From Candidatus Omnitrophota bacterium (GTDB lineage: Bacteria; Omnitrophota; Omnitrophia; Omnitrophales; Aquincolibacteriaceae), in NCBI GenBank assembly GCA_041585205.1, contig JBFHCO010000001.1, positions 1-44,045 of the forward strand: DNA of 44,045 nt, in the 5' to 3' direction. Shown one piece after another: positions 28,301-37,300 of the stretch. Position 1 is the stretch's first letter; each line of letters opens with the position of its first letter. A model generated the notes under the pieces. The model worked only from the letters and a program-made list of their open reading frames with translations, ran no database searches and was not told where the DNA came from. A program made the translations under genes and the position numbers.

Positions 28301-31300
28301 CGGATAAACTCCGCGTCCGTACCGGCGGGATAAACCTGCGTCCACTGTTTGTAATCAATGCGGTCGGCGGCTTCCCTGGCATCAGCGGAGAAAACACCGT
28401 CTTGCTTCAAGAACTCCAGATCCTCACGCGAAACATTCAGCACACCCGGTTCGAGCATTTCCTGAATTTGTATTTTTAAGAAAATGACATGTTTTTGAAT
28501 GGCCCGCTTAATATCCGGGTTCACTTCCAAGGTTTTTTCAACGATGTTATCCGCCGTGGCATGGGGATCATTCAGCATCCCCTCGGGCAAGTGGGCCAGT
28601 AAGCGCATGGCGAAATAATCATAAAACCCAAGCAAGCGCAAATCGACGGCCTTGTCCAACGCCGTTGCCGTATCCAGGCCCATATAGCCTTTTTGCTCGC
28701 TCGTTAAAGTGTTGGAAAGATGCTCATCCCAACGCACACCTAATTGCGCCGTACGGCGGACACTTTCCGGAAGTTTATCAATGAGAGCTTGAATCTGACT
28801 GACCGGCGCATTCGCATCCGCGCGGGCACCGAGATAACCTTGCGCCGTCAATGCTCTCAAGAGCTTAATCCGGACCTCATTTTCGCGCTCCGTCAGCCCG
28901 CGCGCCTGGCCGGATTTGACCAGAATGTCATCCACAAAAACCGCCTGCGTCACGACATCGCCGATTCTTTCCTCTTGGGTGACTTTATCCGTCACTTTGG
29001 TCGGCTGCGTTAAATTGATTCCGTAGATGCCCTTGGCGACTTCGGCGGCATCCGCGCTTAAATTATCATTCAGAACATTTGTTTTGGGCGTATGCACCGG
29101 CGCCTTGATTTCAACGGAATGCTTTTGGGTCAGGGTGCGCTCGACGCGCGTGCGCTGATCCCCCGCCTCCTTGGTAGCGGCATCCAGCGCCGTGCGCATC
29201 TGTTCCATGAAAGCGATTTGCTGTGCGATTCGAGCCCTCTCGGCCACAACTTCCTCGGCTTTCACGGGGACTTCCGGAGCGCGTCTTGCGATTTCACGGC
29301 GCAGGAGCTCTTCACGTTCGCGTGCGGCGACGGTTTGCTGGTCGGCGCGGTAAGGCAGTTTTTCATAGCGGACTTCCCGCAGAATCTGCACGCCGTCCTT
29401 TTCACCGAATTGCTGCAGCGTATGGCTCAAATTGTTGACGGATTTGTTGAAGTCATTGTGGGCCGCAATCAATGAAAGTTCGGCAATATTTTTGCGGTCC
29501 AAGGCCGTAAACAAATCGGAGCTTTCAATTTTTTTATCAAGATAAAGCCGCAGCATATCCTGATAGCGGTCCTGCGCCATCACATAATCGCCCAGTCTTT
29601 GATAGAGATTTCCTTGCGCGCGCAGATAAGCATAGTATTCGTTCAAGGCCTGGAAACGGATCGAATCGACAAGACTCGGTACCTGGCTGGCTGCGAGTTT
29701 CTGCTTCATTTTTTCGATTTCAATGCGGGCATCGCCTTCGGCGTTCAACAAGTGCAGTCGCAGCTCAATTACCCCGTAAAGGAAAGGCTTCACGTCATCA
29801 ATGGTTCTGTCGCCGAGCGCACGCTTTAAATCATCCATATCCCGGCTGCTGCCGAATAACTTTGATATCCCGGCGGCAAGCGCCACGCGGGATGAAAGCC
29901 AGCGTTCCCAGGTCGACTGAATTTCCCTTAATTTGCCGATGTCCATATTCAGCAGAAAGGCTTTCAGCTGCGGGTCATTTTCGGCAAGCCGGACCAAAGC
30001 CTCGGGTGTGGTCGGGGCCTGATCCACGATCGCCTGCACCACATTCTCTTCCGCCGGAACGACCACTTCCTTTGCCTGCGGAATATTCGTGAGGGTTTTA
30101 AAATTCGTCAGCGCATTCTGATAAGCCCTTTCTTCGGTCGTCGCTTGATACTGCTTTCTTTCGTGATAATCCCGGGCCTTGTTCTGCGTGGTTTCATCGG
30201 CTTCCGCACGCTGTATCATTTCATACAGGGCTTCGAGTTCATCCGCCTGCAGCTGAATCGCATTGGCGAAACCGCGCTGACGCGTCACGTCATAAATCAT
30301 GTTGTGCGTCACGCGTTTTGTTTCATTATTCAGATAGGCTTCTGCATGTTCGAGCTGTCTGGTTTCAAGATCAGCAATGTTATGCAGCTGGCTATACAGG
30401 GCTTCCAATGGATGATAAGCAAATTCAATACCGAAAGAACCGGTAAAGAATCTTTCCGTGCGCCCTTGAATGCCCGGGATCGGCGGATTCGGAGCCGGTT
30501 GAATGATGGGCAATATCGACGGAATATCGATATCCTGAGGAATCAAGCTTGCCTGCGCGCTGATCGTAAGATGGCGCAACCAACGGGTTTTGTGCCTTAA
30601 TTCCGCGACCGCTGCCGCCGTTTGCGTGTTGAGATAAGCGACGCGATTCACCATCGTATCTTTGACGCCTTCCACATTTTCCGGTTTAGCCAGATCCAAC
30701 GCACCGTCCGTGCCGCCCATTTGCTCAAAGCGCCTTTGCTGCTCGTTTGTGTCCGCGGGCGTGATTTGAATTCCCTCGCGGGAGGCAAGGTTTAATTCGG
30801 TGAGCGCATGATTCAGGGATTGAATCTGATAATTATCTTCACGCTGAAGCGTATCGAGCTCCTGCGATAATTTCCAAAGTTCCGCCAGATCGCGGTCGGA
30901 GGTGCCGGCCGCTTTCAATTTATCCGCGAATATTCTGAGTCTGTTTTGCGACTCATCATGAAGACGGCGGCTTTCCGCCAACTGATCGCGTGTGTTAAGA
31001 TTCGTTCTTTCAAGCTGATCCTGATAGCCCCGGTTTCCGTTGCGGGCGGCTTGAAGCGCCACATCCGCCTTGCGAATGCCGTACTCCGCGACCACGCGGT
31101 CGACCGCCAAATCGGACATTTTGCCGAAATGGGCCAATTCGACGGAGGTGAATACGCCGGGTCCGGTGCGAAGCAATAACGGAACCAGTTCCGCCCGAAT
31201 GCCCTGATGCTCATTGGCGATGTCGTAAACGGCCCAGGCGATTAAGAAGTCTTCTTTCGGAATGCGGTCCACTGCGCTCGGGTCAAAATCCTTCACGACG

Positions 31301-34300
31301 TCGCGAAAGGCTTTGACCAACTCCTCGCGGCTGACATCCTTCCCAAGGGCGGGTAATTTGCCGTATTCAAAAGCGACTTGATCATCCACTTTTAAACCTA
31401 AAGAATACTTATAAAGTTTGGCCGCCCGCTCACGTTCTTGATTCAGGGATTCAATGGCTTTATTGATGGAGGCCAGTTCCGTTTCAGCCCATGTAACACT
31501 GGCGTCTATCCGCTCTCTTTGAGCCGGAGCTTTTTCGCGGCGTGCCGTATATTGCTCGATTACCCTTTCATAAGTTGCTTTCTGAGATTCAAACCCCTGA
31601 ATACGCGAATTGATCTGGCGCAAGATGATATGCAGACGCGCCACATTTTTAGCAAATTCAATTTCATTAACTTTTTGCACTTCGCCGGACTTGAGCATGG
31701 AGTGATAAAGCAATTCCACTTCCCCGTGATATTGCTTGCCGATCAAAAATTCAAAATTGACGCCCACACCGCGGTCCGGCAACCCGCGCGCAAATCCCTG
31801 CGGACCCGCTACGTCATCCGGGGCAATTCTGAAGGCTTCCGCGGTGACTTTGACCAGTTTCGAATCACGGAATGATAAGTAATCCGCCGCATTGATGGTT
31901 CCATCCTCTTTCAGCCGCCTGCTGAGATCCTCGACAAGCTGCTGTTCGCGCTGCTGATACATACGGATTTTCTCAAGGTATTCGAGGCGTTCCGACCAGT
32001 TCAACTTGTCTTTTTTCGATTCAAATTCCTTTTCAAGCTCGATGCGCGCTTCACGGACATCTTCCACCCTGTCCTTCCATATACTCGGCATGGCCTTGTT
32101 CATGACGCGGTCCAGTTCGGCATACTTTTCATCTGCATTCTTATAAAGATCCTGAACGTGATCTTTCAGACCCGGTACGTATTTGCCGTCCTGCCAATAA
32201 CCGTTCTTTAAAAGCGGAATTTGGTACTGAAGTTGCGCGCTTTCTTCTCTTAAGGCTTCGATTTCCCTTTGCCTGGATGCAATACGGGCTTCTTTGGATT
32301 TGGTCATAATGAACAGAAAATAAGCGTCACCGACCGTGTCAATTTCATTTTTGAGCGTTTCGATCCGTTCCGCGATTTCAATGATCCGGTCTTCCTTCTC
32401 GCGAATGGTGACCGTCGCTTCTTCGACGCGGTCGAGAATTTCCCATTCCTTATTCTGCAAGTCTTTGAGTTTTTCGGTGACATCGCCTTGATCACGGATC
32501 AGCCACAAATGCCAAAAACCCAAAATGCCCAGGAAGGCGTGGTCATCAAGCTTGAGCATCAGTTTGATTAAGACTTCTTTGACTTCCCTTTGATGGACGC
32601 GCTCAATGGCATTGCGCCAATCCATGCCGTGTTTTTTCAGATCTTCCTTCCAGCTCTCGCTGTTGAATTCCTTGTGGTCCCGGACCGGCTGTTCAAATAA
32701 ATTGACATAAAAATCCTCGTTAAACCGGCCGGCGCGCACGTCGTCCTTATATTGTTTGACGCCCTTGTCCACCGTTTGCGTCAACTCGCGCAATTCAATG
32801 TTCACCCTCTCCACATTGTTGACGGCATCACGCAAACTGAGCGACGCCCGTTCGAAACGTACCTGGGCCGCATGCAGCATTTCCGAGCTTTCACCCTGCT
32901 TGAAACGCTCCACGTACCGGTCGAGCATTCCGCGGGCTTTGGAATACTCTTCCTGAGCAAGTCTTAAATTTTCCTGAGCTTCTTTGACACGCCCGCCTTC
33001 AAAAACTCCGGGCTCGATTTCCCTGCCGCGCAGGTCATCCAACTTCTGCTGAATGCGGTCGATATCACCGAAATAAATGAAAAGATTGCGATAAGCGCGG
33101 TATTGATAAGCCAGAGGCGGGAGGGGTTCCTGTCCTCTCTCAATGGCAATCGGCAGCCACGCGCTCCAGCCGGCCGATGAAATCGGATCCACGAAGAACG
33201 GGAACATGGCCCGCAACCTGAAGATCACCGACCAGGACTCGCGCGCATTGGTGAGAACGCTGTCCATCTGGCGCAGCTCGCGGTTGAGTTCCGCCAGTCG
33301 GATATCCACGATTTGTTCGCCTTCTTCAGCCGGTTCAATGCCGAATTCACTCAAAATTTCTTGCGTGGCCTTTTGAAGTTCCGCTGTTTTTTTGGCGGGA
33401 TCATTGTAAAAGTCCGGATTGGAGTAACGAGGGTCCAGCGTAACTGTGTTGGCTGAGACGCCCATCAAATGCGCAATGCGGTTTTTAATGTCGGATTCCC
33501 ATTCCCGTGCCACCCTTAAACGTTCCTGCAAAGCGCGCTCAAGACGGTTGGCATTCCAGCCGGCATAAGCGTCAAAGCCCTTGCTGTAGCGTTTTTTAAG
33601 TTCCTCGAGCGTTCCTTTTTCATTCAATTCCGTCAAAATCGCTTCGATATCCTGCACTTCGCCGACGGCGCGCGTGTAGTCATTGACGAGTTTGGCGGCT
33701 TCGGTCACGGCGCCGATTACTTCTTTCTGGGACATTTTGAATTTGGCGAGCATTTGCTTATCGGCGAGCGCCGGCCGGATTTCATCGGTGGCGTCATATA
33801 AATAGAAAGACAGTTCCGCTCCTACACCCAAACGCACGCCATCCGAAACCCACGTCGAGGGAATATTCAGAAAATCAGGAATGCTGGCTCTGGCCTCAGC
33901 GATCAAATCCAGTTTTAGAGAACGTTCCGCCTTGAGCGCATCGGCATTGCGTTCGGTAAGCAGCATGGAATTTTCGCGCGGAATGGCATGAGCCAGAACC
34001 GCATATTTGGCGATTTGATCAAAGGTCAGACCTTCGGCCCCGGGATGAATCGGCAGATCACGCACGGTGTCAATGCGCGGCCCGTCAAGCTGGAAAAGAT
34101 CCGCGGTCGGGTCGAAACGCACATCCACGACGCTTTTAAAGGCCCGGCCCAGAATTTCATGATAGCGGTAAAGGTCCGCAATTTCATCCTTGGTGCCTTC
34201 CGGCTGCGGGTAATCATAAATGACATAGACATCGACAATGGTTTTATCGAGCGCGGCGCGGAATTCGGCTTCCGTGGCGCGATAGATCTTGCCTCCCGTC

Positions 34301-37300
34301 AAGCCGGAAAGCGTCTCGACGAAATAATCGAGGAATTTATTCTTCAGGTCCTTGCGTTCATCGAGCTTGCGGCCCACTTCCCCCTGACGGAAAAGAACAT
34401 CCGACAAATCCTTGGCCAGATGCTCGCGCAGCAAATTGCTGTTGAAGCGGGATTCGATAATTTTCGTAAAGGCATCGGCCAATTGATCATGGAATTCATA
34501 AAGTTTCGCCACGTCGTCGCGGGAATAATCCGGCTGCGGATATGAATACAGGACATATTTGTCTTTAACGGTTTTCTCAAGCGCGGCTTCAAAATGTTCG
34601 CGCTCGGCTTCCCAAATCCGGTTGTCCGTCGCGGCTTCGAGCTGCTCGATAAAATAGTCGACAAATCTTTGTTTTAAATCGACGCGGCCGCGCAGCAAGC
34701 GCCCGACAGCGCCTTCAGGAATCAAGGCATCGTCCAATTCTTCGGGTAAATTGGAGCTGAATTCTTTGTAAAGGATTTCGCGGTATCTTTGAATTTCGGC
34801 TTCACGCACCCGTTGCTGGCGTTCGAGCTCCCTCAGATCCTTTTGACGCTGTTCAATCGCGCCTTCCAACGCTTTATCAAGGATACGCGTCATCCAGTTT
34901 GCGAACCCGCCGACCGGGCCGCTTTTGGCGGCTTCTTTCGCATCCTCCACGACTTCCACCGGGGGTTTCGCATTGCGAATGGCGTCGCTCAAGGCACGCA
35001 CGCGGTCGTTTAATTCGGTGATGCGTTTTTCATCCGCAGGCACCCTGCCCGCTTCTTCATTGAGCTGGGCGGTGGCCGCACGGCGCATTTCGCGCAACTT
35101 TTCTAGCGCGGCTTCAAAATCCTTCTTGGTTTTGGCGTCCTGACTTTGACGAATGACCTCTTCCGCGCTTTGCAGAGCCAACCGTTCTCTTATCCGGGCG
35201 GCTGCCGCTTCCATTTCCGCTAAGAGTTTATCGACGTCCGCTTCCGGCACTTCTTGAGGAGCAAGCACTTCCGGCTTGGGCTCTAATTCTTCAAGCAGCT
35301 TTTCTTCTTCGCGCGCTACTTCGACAGGCTCTTCCGTCACGGGTACCGCTTCAGGAGTGACGGCAGGCGCTTTCGCCTCTTCCTTTTTGGTTGCCTTGCC
35401 GTAAATTTCAAACAGCTGCAGGCTGTAAGCCATTTCATTCAGTAGATTGGCTCTTTGTTTGTCATCCGCCGGGCGATTGGCTTTGACTTGCGCGAGTTCA
35501 TTTTCAAAGGAACCCGCGATCCGTTCATCGATAACTTTCCGCTCGCGCATATCCGTCAGCACATTTCCGAATTGCTGAAGGGTTTGAATTTCAGCCGAGC
35601 GCCAGCCCTGCAGGGCCAAATCGCCGGCCTCGGTGTGAACGCCCATCCAGCCCAAAACAGAGGCCGTGGCTTGCATGGTGGTATCGGAAATACCGATACC
35701 GGAATAGGATTCCGCTTTGTTCAGAAGATTATGGCCCCAGTTGATGGCGTTTAATTCGACGAATTCAACCGGGACAGAGATGAATTTAACGAGGGGTTGG
35801 TCGCTGCCTGTCACAAGATTATAAACGGGTGTGGCGGTGTATTTGTCAATCCATTGCGCGGCGCCGTAATGCAGCGTAGGGTCGGGCGTTTCACCCTCCG
35901 GGACATGATGACCCGCCAACCCGGCGATTTCAGCGCTCACAATTACCAAACCGCCCCAGGATTTAATGAAAGCGAACCAAAAAGTGCTCAAAGCCAATGC
36001 GGCAAAGAATCCAGAAATCGGGGCAACAACGTAGCGGTAGAAATAGCCGGGCGCTTTGACTTCAGGCGCGACAGCCGGTGGCGCGCGTGGCGCTTCAGTC
36101 ACGACTTCGGCCGGAATGGGCCGCTTTTCGGCTTCGTCCACCAACCGATTTAACAGTGCTTTTTCGGCGCTTGTCGCAAAACGGACATGCGGCAATAAGG
36201 AACGCAGTTCCAAAACCACATTGCGTTTTTGATCTTCCGGCAAATTGGTTGAAGCGGAAATATCGGTGATTACTTTACGCACGGTCGCGAAATCCAAATT
36301 GGGTAGCTTCTTTAATTGATTGATTTGTTCGATGACGGCTCTATCAATGCGCGCGTTGGACAACTTAGCGGAAAAGTTCGGAATCGTGAGTAAAAATGCT
36401 AAAATAGCTGAGTTGGTAAGAGAACCAAGGGTCAAGGCATTCGCCAAAGCACCTACCACGATTCCTATAATAGGAATTCCCGCTACCCCACTCACAATAG
36501 CCGGGCTCAAAAGGCCGATACCCGCCACGCTGGCAGGCATCAACACCGTGACAAGGCCCATACCGATCGCGCTGAATATAGCCAACTTCCAGCGGCGGTA
36601 AATAAATTGAGATGTTGAAGCAACGAAGGGTTGAATGAGCCATTTGTTAAGTCCGCGGCCGATGCGGCTTGGAACTGAATTGCCATAGCGCATCTGTGCC
36701 GCGCGGCCGACTTTTAAATCCTTGGCATTCAGCATGGCGCCGGCCAACACGTCTAAAGCAATTTCACGCGGCAGCGGCGCAATGCGGCTGCGGAACCAAT
36801 GAAAGCTGATTTTGCGGCGGTAAAAACTGAAAAAGAAGGAATCCAAAAGATGCGGACCGAGCATTAGGATTTTTCCGATCAACTTCCCGATAGATAAACG
36901 CGGAGAGTTGAAAAAAGACTTGATGACATAGCCGGTCTTGGCCAGCAAGGTGTTGCCCGGTATGGGTTCTTTGTGCGGCTGCGCATCCCGGCGCACATAA
37001 TGAAGTTCGGCCGCCTTTTCAAGCTGTTCATAAACATAGCGCCATTGTTCAAGGGATGCATCGCGCGTTAATCCGGTTACCGCTGCAAGCTTATCCAAAT
37101 CGCCGCTGTCAAATCCGTAAGCTTCTAGAATACGCTGAATAATCGCTTCTTTTTCGGCGTCGATACGAATCGCTTTGACCTTTTTAAGATCCGGCAGCGC
37201 CTCCCCCGCATGCTTTGAGACAATTTCTTGAATGACATCCTGAAGGCCGGGTGTCACCGCAGGCGCCGGAGCGACAGCCGGTTCCGCGGGCTTGACTTCT

